Part shown: one piece after another, positions 1 through 9,569 of the stretch
How positions within the stretch are numbered: the stretch's first letter is position 1
Layout: each line of letters opens with the position of its first letter
Assembly: GCA_042218325.1 (NCBI GenBank)
Contig: JBDGRE010000016.1
Span: forward strand, 1 to 43,095
DNA from: Candidatus Nanohaloarchaea archaeon
GTDB taxonomy: Archaea; Nanohalarchaeota; Nanosalinia; Nanosalinales; Nanosalinaceae
Direction: 5' to 3'
Length of the DNA stretch: 43,095 nt
The notes under the pieces: generated by a model
The model's input: only the letters and a program-made list of their open reading frames with translations
What the model was told of the DNA's origin: nothing
Database searches by the model: none
Program-made: the position numbers and the translations under genes

Positions 1-487
1 ATGAGGGAGCAGATATCGAACGTCGTGGGCGGCTTCTTCGTGTACACCGATGTGCCGTTCGTGAAGGGTGACTACATACGTGTAAACGACTACGAGGGTG
101 TGGTAAGGGAGATAAGCCTCCGGCAGACTATACTTGATGGCCCGTCGAGCGAGAAGCTGGTTGTGCCGAACAGCGCAGTAAAGCTCAACCCGGTCAGGAA
201 CTTTACGAAGGGAAGAAAAACACGTATAGTACTCCCGGTAACGGTGAAACCCGGTGATGCGGGAGAGGTAGAAGAACTACTCGAAGGCCGGGCGAGAGAG
301 AACAGCTCTGTGCTGGAGAATCCTGAACCTGCCGTCAGCTATCGCCGGCTCGAGGGCGATGAGGCCGAACTGGAGCTCAGCTGCTGGATCAGCGACGCGG
401 AGGACACCAGGGGGGGTCAGGGCAGCGATTTTACAGGATGTGGTCGAAAAGGCCCGGGATAGGCAGATATTCGCGGAAGAAGGATAG
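1..487 (+). CDS. mscS: Small-conductance mechanosensitive channel (MscS family), C-terminal part; 5' end outside the window, apparent frameshift at the G7 run (410-416)
   Basis: ISNVVGGFF..PFVKGDYI.V...EGVVREISLRQT...VPNS.V...V.NFT is the MscS beta-domain signature. Removing one G gives the tail ...TRGVRAAILQDVVEKARDRQIFAEEG*, ending at TAG 485-487. Confidence 0.85.
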
Positions 488-556
488 ACAAGGGCTGCAC
501 TTGTATCTGGTCGTCTGTGCGACAGCGTTAAACAGGTGGACAAAGTAGTGGATAAC

Positions 557-991
557 ATGGAGCACGGAGAACTACCTGAGAAAGGCCGCACGTTAGTCCT
601 GTTCGACGGACTCTGCGACCTCTGCAGCGGCTTAGTGAGGTTCACAATCGCCCGGGACAGCGAGGAGAGGTTCCGTTTCGCCCCGCTGCGATCGGACACC
701 GGGAAGGATATACTGGATGAGGTAGGAGTGGATGCCGGTGAACTGGAGACTTTCGTGCTGGTGGAAGACGGGCAGGCTTACACCCGCTCCACGGCAGCAT
801 TAAGACTTCTCAAAGGACTCGGAGGAGGATGGCGCATCGCGGCATACCTCCTCGAAGCAGTCCCCAAGCCGTTGAGAGACCTCGGCTACAGTCTGGTCGC
901 CCGCATCCGGTACCTTTTGTTCGGGAGACGAGAGTCCTGCATGGTTCCGTCTCCAGTGATCAAGGACAGGTTCCTCGAGCAGGACCTCTAA
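557..991 (+). CDS. DCC1-like (DUF393/YuxK) thiol-disulfide oxidoreductase family protein
   Basis: LFDGLCDLC (DxxCxxC), RFAPL, S.AALR, RD.GY..VAR.RY.LFG...SC motifs. ATG 557 preferred over GTG 536. Confidence 0.9.
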   Translation: MEHGELPEKGRTLVLFDGLCDLCSGLVRFTIARDSEERFRFAPLRSDTGKDILDEVGVDAGELETFVLVEDGQAYTRSTAALRLLKGLGGGWRIAAYLLEAVPKPLRDLGYSLVARIRYLLFGRRESCMVPSPVIKDRFLEQDL

Positions 992-1032
992 AAGAGCCCT
1001 CCTGAGGCCTTTACAGGCCACAGCGCCGCATA

Positions 1033-1041
1033 TTTTAAAAA
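1033..1041 (+). promoter_or_regulatory. TATA box, leaderless promoter of the DUF2892 gene
   Basis: TTTTAAAAA followed by 22 nt, then ATG 1064; the same spacing recurs across the window. Confidence 0.7.
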
Positions 1042-1063
1042 CGAGCTCCGGCATAACAGCGCT

Positions 1064-1357
1064 ATGCAAACCAATGTAGGCGACACGGACCACATGGTCC
1101 GGCTCGTACTCGGGGTAGTGCTAGCTGCTGTATCGGCTGCCGGCTTCCTTGAATACGTGGCGATGTCTCCTGTAGTAGCTGGAGTCATCGGGGCTGCAGG
1201 CCTCGTACTCCTGGTAACAGGTTACACACGCAAGTGCCCGGTATGCCAGATGGCAGGAGTCAGCACGACAGGATCTTCTGCCTCATCTACGGAAGAGCAG
1301 GTAGAAGAACCAGAAAGCCCTGGTGACTGGGAAGAAGAGCCAGAGCCACGAGAGTAA
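1064..1357 (+). CDS. DUF2892 (YgaP-like) small membrane protein with acidic tail
   Basis: NVG.TD..VR.VLG, two hydrophobic helices, LLVTG....CP....G.ST. Confidence 0.85.
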   Translation: MQTNVGDTDHMVRLVLGVVLAAVSAAGFLEYVAMSPVVAGVIGAAGLVLLVTGYTRKCPVCQMAGVSTTGSSASSTEEQVEEPESPGDWEEEPEPRE

Positions 1358-1383
1358 CAGGCAAAAACTTCTTTCTTATTTTT

Positions 1384-1806
1384 CTAGCCCTCGGGGTTAT
1401 CGTCTACCAATCCCTCGGCATTCTCCTCGGCGAACTCCCTGCTGGAGAACCCGTATCTCGGTATATCTGCTTCCAGGCCGGTCTCTATGGTCCAGAAGCC
1501 GCTCTCGTTCTCCACCAGCTCGATACTGGTGCCGGAGGTGTGCTCCCACCTGTCCTCTGAGACCTGTTTCCATTCCCCGGTCTTCCTGAGGTCTTCTACC
1601 TTCGAGGCGTAGCGCCGCGAACCCTTCCTCGCCACAAGCACGAGTTCGGGGTCGTCCTCCGCCGGGAAAAGGATGTACTCGCCGCCCTGTGGACCCTCTA
1701 CGTGAATCCTGTTTTCGTCGACTGCTTCGACCTCAAGAGGGTGCTTCCTGTCGTTGAAGAGGATTTGGTCCCCTTCCTCCAGTTCCTCGAAGGTCTCGAT
1801 GCTCAT
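1384..1806 (-). CDS. Hypothetical acidic beta-rich protein
   Basis: 140 aa acidic ORF with typical codon usage and an upstream TATA at about 1826-1834. Confidence 0.75.
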   Translation of the reverse strand: MSIETFEELEEGDQILFNDRKHPLEVEAVDENRIHVEGPQGGEYILFPAEDDPELVLVARKGSRRYASKVEDLRKTGEWKQVSEDRWEHTSGTSIELVENESGFWTIETGLEADIPRYGFSSREFAEENAEGLVDDNPEG

Positions 1807-1960
1807 ACCAGTGTATTCCCTGCTATTTTTAAAAGTGGAGTCCTGATTTTATAGGGGCTATATACAGTTTATAAGCGCTGAGGTGACGTTTAAGACCTCC
1901 TTTACAGCTTAGTGGCTGTCCGCCGGCCGATATTTTTTATACGACCTCTTAAAATTGGTT

Positions 1961-1980
1961 ATCACCTGTTTCAAGGTGAT
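1961..1980. promoter_or_regulatory. Inverted repeat ATCACCT-N6-AGGTGAT between TATA box and start codon; candidate operator
   Basis: Perfect 7-bp arms at 1961-1967 and 1974-1980, downstream of TTAAAA 1949-1954. Confidence 0.4.
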
Positions 1981-2191
1981 TCGTATCGATAAATGGTCCA
2001 GACATGGTGTCGACAGGGACGGCGTACACAGCCTCTGGCGGCACGAAGAAAAAGAACTGGAAGTAAGGGTAGAAAAATTCGAGGATGGTACCTGGGACAC
2101 ACTCCTGAACGGCAGGCTGATAGCCAACAGGGACGAGCCTCCTGAAGCATCAGAACGCGCCCGGGAGCTCATGGAGGAGCTCTCGGGTTAA
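1976..2191 (+). CDS. Small hypothetical acidic protein (71 aa)
   Basis: GTG 1976 lies 21 nt after TTAAAA; acidic composition. Confidence 0.65.
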   Translation: MIRIDKWSRHGVDRDGVHSLWRHEEKELEVRVEKFEDGTWDTLLNGRLIANRDEPPEASERARELMEELSG

Positions 2192-2222
2192 CTGTTTAAG
2201 ATACGGTTACGACAGGTTTCCT

Positions 2223-3188
2223 GTGAAGTTCGAAGACCCGGTTTACGGGGAAAAGACGGTGGAAAGCGAACTGTTGAAGGAGCTTATACGCTCCGGTCCG
2301 GTACAGCGCCTGAAGGAGGTGCACCAGATGGGGCCGCAACCGCTGTTCGACGACGGAAAGCCGCAGCTTACACGGTTCCAGCACACTCTCGGAGTCATGT
2401 TGCTGCTCCGCGAGTTCGACGCGTCGATAGAAGAACAGGTCGCTGGCCTGCTGCACGATGTGCCTCACACCGCTTTCTCCCATGTCGCGGACTTCGTCTT
2501 CCAGAACAGCGACCACGAGTACCACGACAGCTTCCTTGAAGACGTGGTAATGGACTCGGAGATACCGGGTATAATTGAGAAACACGGCCTCGAGGTCGAC
2601 TACATACTTGACGAGGACAACTTCCCGCTGCTGGAGCGCGAAGCACCCGATCTATGCGCGGACAGGATAGACTACTTCCTTCGAGACGTGAGAAAGTATA
2701 CCGGTGAAATGGTACGGCACCTTTTCGAGGGGCTTGAAGTCGTCGACGGAAAGTTCGTCATCTCCAAGAAAGGCATCTCGGAGGAGTACGCCCTGAGATA
2801 CATACAGGCTGACGAGGAGATATGGGCTAACCCGAGAGAGGCCGCTTTCATGGAGGTCTTCGCGCAGGCGCTGCGGAGGGCGCTGGAGATAGGCCTGATA
2901 GAAGAGGACGATTTCTTCGGCACCGACAGGGAAGTCCTCGGGGTCCTGGAGAGCTCAGGAGACGATGTGATAGAGGAAAAGCTCGATACGCTGAAAGGCG
3001 GTTTCGAGGTCGAGCGCGACCCGGAGAACTACGACATAGAGGTGAAGACCAAGGGCCGTTACGTCGACCCGCAGGTCGCCGGTGAAGGGATGAAACGTAT
3101 ATCGGAGCTGTCGGGTGAGGTGGCGCGACGCATCGAGCAGCACATGGATGACGTGGAATCAGGCTACAGGCTGCGGATAGTTGGCTAG
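2223..3188 (+). CDS. HD-domain phosphohydrolase (YwfO/SAMHD1-like, possible dNTPase)
   Basis: VQRLK.VHQ.G, TRFQHTLG, GLLHDVPHTAFSH, ADRIDY.LRD motifs. Confidence 0.9.
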   Translation: MKFEDPVYGEKTVESELLKELIRSGPVQRLKEVHQMGPQPLFDDGKPQLTRFQHTLGVMLLLREFDASIEEQVAGLLHDVPHTAFSHVADFVFQNSDHEYHDSFLEDVVMDSEIPGIIEKHGLEVDYILDEDNFPLLEREAPDLCADRIDYFLRDVRKYTGEMVRHLFEGLEVVDGKFVISKKGISEEYALRYIQADEEIWANPREAAFMEVFAQALRRALEIGLIEEDDFFGTDREVLGVLESSGDDVIEEKLDTLKGGFEVERDPENYDIEVKTKGRYVDPQVAGEGMKRISELSGEVARRIEQHMDDVESGYRLRIVG

Positions 3189-3502
3189 AACAGTTGCATA
3201 CCAGGCACGTTGCCGAGCTTGTCCCTCGCCTCCTCCGACATCTCGTCGGGCGACCAGCGGGGCTCGAACGTCAGCTCCACGTCAACCGAATCGACCTCCT
3301 CCAGTTCGTTGACCTCGCGCCTGACCAGATCGTCGAAAACTCCATGCAGGGGGCACCCGGGAGTGGTAAGCGTCATCAGTATCTCGACATCGCCGTCCTC
3401 GACCTCTATCTCGTATACGAGGCCCAGGTCGACTATGTTTATATCCAGCTCCGGGTCGATGACCTCCTTCAGCTGTTCCCGGACATCTTCCTTGGTTACC
3501 AT
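3185..3502 (-). CDS. DUF59/SufT/PaaD-like Fe-S cluster assembly protein
   Basis: VIDPELDINIVDLGLVY, MTLTTPGCP, FEPRW.P..MS motifs. Confidence 0.93.
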   Translation of the reverse strand: MVTKEDVREQLKEVIDPELDINIVDLGLVYEIEVEDGDVEILMTLTTPGCPLHGVFDDLVRREVNELEEVDSVDVELTFEPRWSPDEMSEEARDKLGNVPGMQLF

Positions 3503-3560
3503 GTTGAGGTCTTCCCCGTTTAAGCTTATGAGTGGACGGGTTGATGGTTATGAAACCTCT

Positions 3561-4349
3561 CTATGCGTTCTGTGCGAGGTAACCCTTCTGCCGGGATTGC
3601 TCCAGCATGTAGGCCAGGAAGACATAACCCGCCAGCAGATAAACCATGGTCAGGAGGAACGCGACCTGTACCTGGCCCCATGGGATGATGTTCTGCTGTA
3701 TAGCGGCTCTCATGCCTTCGAAGATGTAAGACGTAGGTATCGCGAAGGAAACGGTCTTGAAGACGCCGGGAAGAGTTTCACGCGGGTAGTAGACGAGTGA
3801 GAACGGCTGCAAGATCATTATGGTGCTCCATGCGAAAACCTGTATCCTCTGTCCGAACCGGTATATCAGGCCCGAAACAAACGTTCCTATGGCGCTCCCG
3901 AAAAGCACGAGCAGTGATGACAGGAGCGCTATCGCGATGAGGCCCACGTTGAAGATATTGAACGGGTAGAAAATCGCGGAAAGAAGAGCCATGAATGTGA
4001 ATGCGATCAGGGCTCTCGAAACCGCGTAAAGCGTCGTGGCCGTGAAGAGGTCGAGGTTTGTCAGGGGTGAGGTGAACGTGTTGTAGATGTTCTGGTTCCA
4101 GAAATCCTCGAGTAAAGCGGTCGAGAAATCCTGCTGTGAGCGCTGGACCATCGTCCAGAGTATCAGGCCGGAGAGAAAGAATGATATGAAACGCGAAGAC
4201 TTTGTGACATCCTCCAGGTACAGCGTGGTGAATCCCCAGGTGAAAAGCCCGATCACGGGCCAGTAAAAGATATCGAAAATCCTGTCCAGGTTCCTCTTCA
4301 TGTTGAAGTAGTACTTCATCACCAGGGCTTCTATCCTGTTGACCTTCAT
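3561..4349 (-). CDS. ABC-2 type exporter permease
   Basis: About six hydrophobic segments, YYP...LP...P.SY.FEGMR; 4-nt overlap with the ATPase gene. Confidence 0.9.
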   Translation of the reverse strand: MKVNRIEALVMKYYFNMKRNLDRIFDIFYWPVIGLFTWGFTTLYLEDVTKSSRFISFFLSGLILWTMVQRSQQDFSTALLEDFWNQNIYNTFTSPLTNLDLFTATTLYAVSRALIAFTFMALLSAIFYPFNIFNVGLIAIALLSSLLVLFGSAIGTFVSGLIYRFGQRIQVFAWSTIMILQPFSLVYYPRETLPGVFKTVSFAIPTSYIFEGMRAAIQQNIIPWGQVQVAFLLTMVYLLAGYVFLAYMLEQSRQKGYLAQNA

Positions 4350-5287
4350 AATTCATTCCTCGCAACTTTCCTGAAAACCTCGTTCAGGTCAGGATTCCTT
4401 GCCTCGATGTCGATGACCGTTACGTCTATCTCACTGATACTGTCAAGTATCTCGATTATGTGGTCTTCCTGCTCTATCTTCATCTTGCCCGTGTTGCCTT
4501 CCAGTTCCCCTTCGAGATGTTTCACCAGGCCCCTGAAATCCTTGTTCACTTCATCGACGGTGACTTCCAGCACCTTGACGTGTATATTTTTCTTCAGTTC
4601 TCTGGGTGTTCCTACCCGCAAGATTTCTCCCTGGTGGAGAAACATCATCCTGTCGGACAGGGAGTCGATATCCTCCATGTCGTGTGAGGTCATGATTATG
4701 GTAGTCCTGTGCTCCTGGTTGATTTCGCGTATCGCCTCGCGGGTGACATCGGCTATATGAGGGTCCAGTCCTGCGGTGGCCTCATCAAGCAGAAGTATCT
4801 CCGGCTGGTTGATGAAGCTCTTGGCGAGGTTGGCCCTTGTCTTCTGCCCGGCGGATAGATGGTAAATCTTCTTTCCACGCAGTTCACTGATCTCGAACAG
4901 TTCAAGAACTTGGTCTATCTTCTCTCGTGCATCTTCCACATCGTATATCTTTGCGAATACCCTGAGGTTTTCTTCTACCGTCAGATTTCCGCTGAGTCTG
5001 GAATAGGCGGTCGCTACGTTCATTCTGTTCGCGAGTTCTTCCCTGTTCCGTCTTGACTCCTTGTCAAATATCTTGACATTCCCTTTATCCTTGTACAGAA
5101 GCCCGCTCAGTATGTTTACCAGAGTGGTCTTTCCTGCGCCATTAGGTCCTACTATCCCGAATATCTCTCCATCCTCGACCTCGAAATCTATGCCTCTAAG
5201 AGCGTCTGTTTCTTGGGGATCGTTCCAGAACTTCCAGCCACCCTTTTTGTAGGTCTTCTCCAGGTTTTCGACTTCGATCACCGGCAT
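4346..5287 (-). CDS. ABC exporter ATP-binding subunit
   Basis: Walker A GPNGAGKTT, signature LSAGQ, Walker B LLLDE, SHDM H-loop. Confidence 0.95.
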   Translation of the reverse strand: MPVIEVENLEKTYKKGGWKFWNDPQETDALRGIDFEVEDGEIFGIVGPNGAGKTTLVNILSGLLYKDKGNVKIFDKESRRNREELANRMNVATAYSRLSGNLTVEENLRVFAKIYDVEDAREKIDQVLELFEISELRGKKIYHLSAGQKTRANLAKSFINQPEILLLDEATAGLDPHIADVTREAIREINQEHRTTIIMTSHDMEDIDSLSDRMMFLHQGEILRVGTPRELKKNIHVKVLEVTVDEVNKDFRGLVKHLEGELEGNTGKMKIEQEDHIIEILDSISEIDVTVIDIEARNPDLNEVFRKVARNEL

Positions 5288-5356
5288 GAGAATGGTTTCC
5301 TCACTCTCATCTTTAAAGATAAACTGTGGCGCCAGCAGTTTACCGGTTACGAGCTC

Positions 5357-5785
5357 TCATATCAGGCTGTCCGCTGTCGCCGCGCCCACGACCGAGAACG
5401 GCGACATAAGGGCTATAGCCTTCACTGTCTCGATGATCCCCGAGTTGAAAGTAGAGTGCGCTCCGGTGACGAATATCAGTACCAGGATTGTTCCGAAGGC
5501 GACGCCCATGAGTGAGAGGTACCGGAATGTGACGCCGAGCAGCTTGCGTTCGCTGTTCCAGTCGCGTTCCTGGTGCGCCACGTATAGCACGCCGTGCCCG
5601 ATAGCGAGGGAGAAGCCGGCCATCACGAGGCCCTGTACGCTGGACATGTTGGCTGCAAGAGTCCAGACCTCCTCGGTGAAGAGGAAAGGCGCTGTGAGTA
5701 TGACACTGCCTATGAACTGCTGGAAGAAGTCGTCTACGCCGAAAGGATACTTGTGCGAGACTTTTTTCGCAAGCTCCTCGATCAT
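5357..5785 (-). CDS. DUF2391-family membrane protein
   Basis: QQFIG...L.AP..FTEEVW.LA and C-terminal S.VGAA.AD. Confidence 0.8.
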   Translation of the reverse strand: MIEELAKKVSHKYPFGVDDFFQQFIGSVILTAPFLFTEEVWTLAANMSSVQGLVMAGFSLAIGHGVLYVAHQERDWNSERKLLGVTFRYLSLMGVAFGTILVLIFVTGAHSTFNSGIIETVKAIALMSPFSVVGAATADSLI

Positions 5786-5786
5786 C

Positions 5787-7454
5787 TCAGAACAACCATA
5801 TCACAAGTCCGATGTACAGCAGTAAAAGAGTAAGGGGTATCAGCCGGACGAGTATGTTGATGGAGAAAATCAGGCTGTGGTAATCTTCCTGCAGAAGCTT
5901 CATCTTCTCGGCCTTGCCGGACGCGATACCGATGCTTGCAGGGGAAAGACTCTTGCGGGCTGCCTCGACAGTCTTGATAACGCGGTCCGAATCGACCTGC
6001 TGCATTGAGCTGAGATCGTGGATGCTCTCGTGCGTGTCGGTGGTGAACAGCATCACCTCGCCGAACTCCTCCCGGTACCGCTGCTCAAGTTCCAGCAGCT
6101 CGGGCGACGCCTCGTTGCCCTCTATCCCGAACAGCAGGGTTCGCTGGCCGTCGACCTCTTCCACGAGCGAGAAAACAGGCGTACCTTCGATGCCCGTCGA
6201 GAAGCCTGCGCTGTACTCGTGTACGGGCTGTTCGTCGAGTTCCTCTATGAACTCCTCTATGTGCTGCCGGATGTTCCGCGCGTTCTCGGTGTTGTACCAC
6301 AGCTCCTGCCTTTTCGACGCTTCAAGCGTCTTTTCATGGTTGTGCAGGTCTATCAGGACGGTATCTTCCGTGTCTATGGTTTCGCGGAGGATGGATATCT
6401 CGCCGTCGTCGTACTCCATGTCTATGAAGACGATGTTTTTGCCGTCTACGCGGCGCCCGTAGAGCGTTATATCGTCGTGCTCTCTTTTCAGTAGCCTCGA
6501 GGCCTCCCTTAACTTTTCGGGGTCTTCAAGCGCTTCTACTATCTTCCGGTAGTCTCCAGGGTCTGTCGGGTCGGATTTATGCGTCGAGGGTACGTGGAAG
6601 AAGAATCCTTCTCCGTCCTTGTTCAGCTCCTCGATTATGTCGCTGGTTATGCGGCCGCCGCCGAAACCTTCCAGCGGTCCGGGATGTATCCACGGCACGG
6701 CGATCCTTGTCTTCCCTGTCTCGTTCTCAATCTCCAGTGTCTGTACCTCCGGGCAGGTCGGGTAGCCGAGGTCGATGGCCTCCTGTTTCTTCTGGAGCAG
6801 GGCGGAGGTCAGGCTCAGCACGGATACGCCGGAGACGTTCGCCCTGAGGAGGAACTCCACGATGCCGAGAGCGGCGAGCAGTACTGCGCCGGCGAGAAGT
6901 ATTATACCTGCGTTCAGCAAGTACACTTCGAGCGGTATGGTAAGGTAGGAGCCGAGTATCACGTGGAAGGACGCCAGTACGAGAAGAGGATGCACGATGC
7001 TCAGGACCGCGATACGCTTGACCTGCCCGTAGCCGAGCGTCAGGAGGAGCACAAGCAAATTGCTGAGGAACAGCGTCGTCGTCCCCAGCCAGGTCACGCT
7101 CCATGCGTTCGCGATACTGTCCGCACCGGAGAATATCAGCAGGAACACGAACAGTATAGACTGGTTGCAGAGCGCGAGGAAGTAACCCCACTTGCGGGGG
7201 TAATCAGGGAGCAGGCGGTGCAGCAGCTCCCCTGAAACTACCGAAGGCACCATAAAGGTCGAGAACCAGAAGACTGGTATCAGCAGGGGTTCGATGGCCG
7301 AAAGCTCCACCAGGTTGCCCGCAAAGGCCCGCAGCGAAAGGTAGAAGATTATACTGTACAGCAGGCCTGTCCCTGCTAATGCGAGCAGGTTCTGTCTCTC
7401 CGACGGTATGCGGAATATGACTTTCTTGAATATATCGACGTTGTCAGCCGCCAT
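5787..7454 (-). CDS. DUF2070 (COG3356) membrane protein, predicted neutral-ceramidase-superfamily lipid hydrolase
   Basis: N-terminal multi-TM region, then PWIHPGP..FGGG, FH.PSTH..DP, DLHN and TTDTH motifs, then a C-terminal TM helix. Confidence 0.8.
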   Translation of the reverse strand: MAADNVDIFKKVIFRIPSERQNLLALAGTGLLYSIIFYLSLRAFAGNLVELSAIEPLLIPVFWFSTFMVPSVVSGELLHRLLPDYPRKWGYFLALCNQSILFVFLLIFSGADSIANAWSVTWLGTTTLFLSNLLVLLLTLGYGQVKRIAVLSIVHPLLVLASFHVILGSYLTIPLEVYLLNAGIILLAGAVLLAALGIVEFLLRANVSGVSVLSLTSALLQKKQEAIDLGYPTCPEVQTLEIENETGKTRIAVPWIHPGPLEGFGGGRITSDIIEELNKDGEGFFFHVPSTHKSDPTDPGDYRKIVEALEDPEKLREASRLLKREHDDITLYGRRVDGKNIVFIDMEYDDGEISILRETIDTEDTVLIDLHNHEKTLEASKRQELWYNTENARNIRQHIEEFIEELDEQPVHEYSAGFSTGIEGTPVFSLVEEVDGQRTLLFGIEGNEASPELLELEQRYREEFGEVMLFTTDTHESIHDLSSMQQVDSDRVIKTVEAARKSLSPASIGIASGKAEKMKLLQEDYHSLIFSINILVRLIPLTLLLLYIGLVIWLF

Positions 7455-8496
7455 GTAGACCACCATAGATATCTTCCAGCCTGTCTATGGAGCTGTCAAC
7501 AGAGTAACGCATCGCCGAACCTCTCGTATCGTAGTTTTTCTCGAGTGCTTTTTCCACTTTTCTCCTGAAATCTGCTGTGTCCCCGAAACTGTACAGCTCG
7601 CCGCTCTCCCCGTTAATGACAGCTGTGAAAGGCCGGACATCCGGCGCGACCACTGGAGTACCGCAGGCGTTGGCCTCCATCGAGGTAAGGCTGAAAGTGT
7701 CCGCGTCCGATGCGTGGACGAACACGTCGAGCCCGGAGTAGAACTCCGGTAAATTCTCCCGTGGCAGGTAGTCCATGAACACCACATTCTCTCCCGAAAT
7801 CTCCTTGAGTTCGTCTTCTTGGCGCCCGTTCCCGACCACGAATACCGTCCCTTCGAATCCTTCCGCCATCTCCAGTATATGTTCGATATTTTTCTCCTCG
7901 CTCAGCCTGCCGGAGTAACCGGCGAAAGGCCTCTGGCACCCGGTTTCGTCGAGAAAGCTGTCCACCCGCGCGTAGAAGAAGCCTGTGTCCACTCCTGCAG
8001 GGACTTCGAGCGCATCGACATCCCGGTCCCTGAGCTCGCCGGTGTTGGAAGTCACGCGGTCGAAGGTCCGGAGGTACCGCTCATCGATCTCCACGAATAT
8101 CTTCCCGAGCAAACGGGACAGCGCCTTCGATTTGAAGAATCCCTCGGCGTACTCCTCGAGCGGGGTGTGGAATGTGAATATGCTGGGTATATCTTTTCTC
8201 CAGGCGTAGTACCTCCCCATAAGGCCGAGGAGCCCTGGCGAATGGCAATGGACGACATCGAGCTCCGGGAACTTCCTCGTGCCGAGCGGTAAGGGCCAGC
8301 GATGGCCCTCGTACCAGGGGTCAGGCATCGAAGCGACAGGTATCTCGTTCTCCCCTGGCTCATACTCGTCCACTCCCGGGTAGATGACGTATACATCGTG
8401 CCCGCGGCTCTCCAGTTCTTGTTTCCACGATTTCACTGTGTAGCAGGCACCGTCTTTCCTCGGAAAGTAGACGCCGGAGAAGAAACCTATCCGCAT
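7444..8496 (-). CDS. GT4 glycosyltransferase (Mgs/LafA-like)
   Basis: MRIGFF..Y.P..DG, HCHSP, FHTP.EEY, GRLS.EKN, DTF.L..MEA.ACGTPVV. Confidence 0.9.
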   Translation of the reverse strand: MRIGFFSGVYFPRKDGACYTVKSWKQELESRGHDVYVIYPGVDEYEPGENEIPVASMPDPWYEGHRWPLPLGTRKFPELDVVHCHSPGLLGLMGRYYAWRKDIPSIFTFHTPLEEYAEGFFKSKALSRLLGKIFVEIDERYLRTFDRVTSNTGELRDRDVDALEVPAGVDTGFFYARVDSFLDETGCQRPFAGYSGRLSEEKNIEHILEMAEGFEGTVFVVGNGRQEDELKEISGENVVFMDYLPRENLPEFYSGLDVFVHASDADTFSLTSMEANACGTPVVAPDVRPFTAVINGESGELYSFGDTADFRRKVEKALEKNYDTRGSAMRYSVDSSIDRLEDIYGGLHGG

Positions 8497-8522
8497 GTAA
8501 GTTTACCCTGCAGGAACTGTTT

Positions 8523-9515
8523 TTAAACCAGTTCTTCGTAGACCGATACCAGTTCGCCGCCGACCGCGTCGAGCGAGAACTCCTGGCTCTTCTTCTCTGC
8601 GTTTTTACCCATCCGGTTCCGTTCCTCCTCGTCCTTCAGTCTCTCCAGCGCATCGGTGAAGTCTTCACCGGCCTTGAGGCAATTTTGTCCGTCTTCCAGC
8701 CACTTGAAGGTCTCGATGTTACGCACCACGGGAGGTTTGCCGCAGCCCATCGCCTCGAGCAGCGCTATCCCTTCGTTCTCGTTGTGTGTCGGGAAGAAGA
8801 AGATATCTCCTGCGGCGAACGCCCCGCGGATGTCCTCGATGTAGCCCGTGAAGGTGCAGTTCTCGGGCGATTTCTCTATCATCTCCAGCGTCTCCCGGCT
8901 CTGCAGGTATCTTCCAAAACGGCCGCCGGTAGGGTTGATGTAGCCGAACCAGGCGAAGTCAAGCTCTGGCATCCTCTCCGCGGTCTCGATGAAAGTCTCG
9001 AGTCCCTTACGGGCTATCACGTGTCCGACGTTGAAAACGACCGGCGGCTCCAGGTCGTACCGGTCGAGGTACTCTTCCCGTAGACCCTCGAATCCTTCGA
9101 GCTTCTCCGGGTCGAAAGCGTTGCTGATGACCCGTTTCTCCGCACCTGTGTAGCCCTCGATAGTCCTCCTGTTGTACTCCGACGGGCATATGAGCACGTC
9201 GGCGAGCGAGTAGACGTACTCGAGGTACGGTCTCATCGGCCTCGAGATCAGGTCCGAGAACGCAAAGCTGTTCTGGAAGTCCTCTGCGGTCTGGTGCGTG
9301 TGGATAACTACTGGCACTTTTTTCATCCGGGCTCTCTTCGCGTAGTAAACGGAGCGCGGTCCCATGTTGTTGAGATGCAGGATATCGCAGTCAAGTTCCG
9401 GAGATGTAGTGTAGTCGATTCCGTTTCGTTTCATATTCTTCCTCTGGTTCCTGACGGACTGCATCTGCCCGCCGGTTATCCACCGCTCCCACTCGAAGTA
9501 ATGGCTTATCTTCAC
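8523..9515 (-). CDS. GT4 glycosyltransferase (CpoA/Dgs/LafB-like)
   Basis: H.H.T.EDF..SF, ICPSEY, RKG...F, FFP...ENEGIALLEAM.CGKP.VVR; GTG start with GGAGG Shine-Dalgarno. Confidence 0.9.
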   Translation of the reverse strand: MKISHYFEWERWITGGQMQSVRNQRKNMKRNGIDYTTSPELDCDILHLNNMGPRSVYYAKRARMKKVPVVIHTHQTAEDFQNSFAFSDLISRPMRPYLEYVYSLADVLICPSEYNRRTIEGYTGAEKRVISNAFDPEKLEGFEGLREEYLDRYDLEPPVVFNVGHVIARKGLETFIETAERMPELDFAWFGYINPTGGRFGRYLQSRETLEMIEKSPENCTFTGYIEDIRGAFAAGDIFFFPTHNENEGIALLEAMGCGKPPVVRNIETFKWLEDGQNCLKAGEDFTDALERLKDEEERNRMGKNAEKKSQEFSLDAVGGELVSVYEELV

Positions 9516-9540
9516 TGTTTCCTCCTCTTGGAGTGAAGAC

Positions 9541-9546
9541 TAAAAA
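9541..9546. promoter_or_regulatory. Bidirectional TATA-like element shared by the GT4 operon and the rpp21-flippase operon
   Basis: TAAAAA lies 23 nt before ATG 9570 on +; TTTTTA lies 25 nt before GTG 9515 on -. Confidence 0.5.
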
Positions 9547-9569
9547 GTCACGGTGTACTTTTCAACTCT

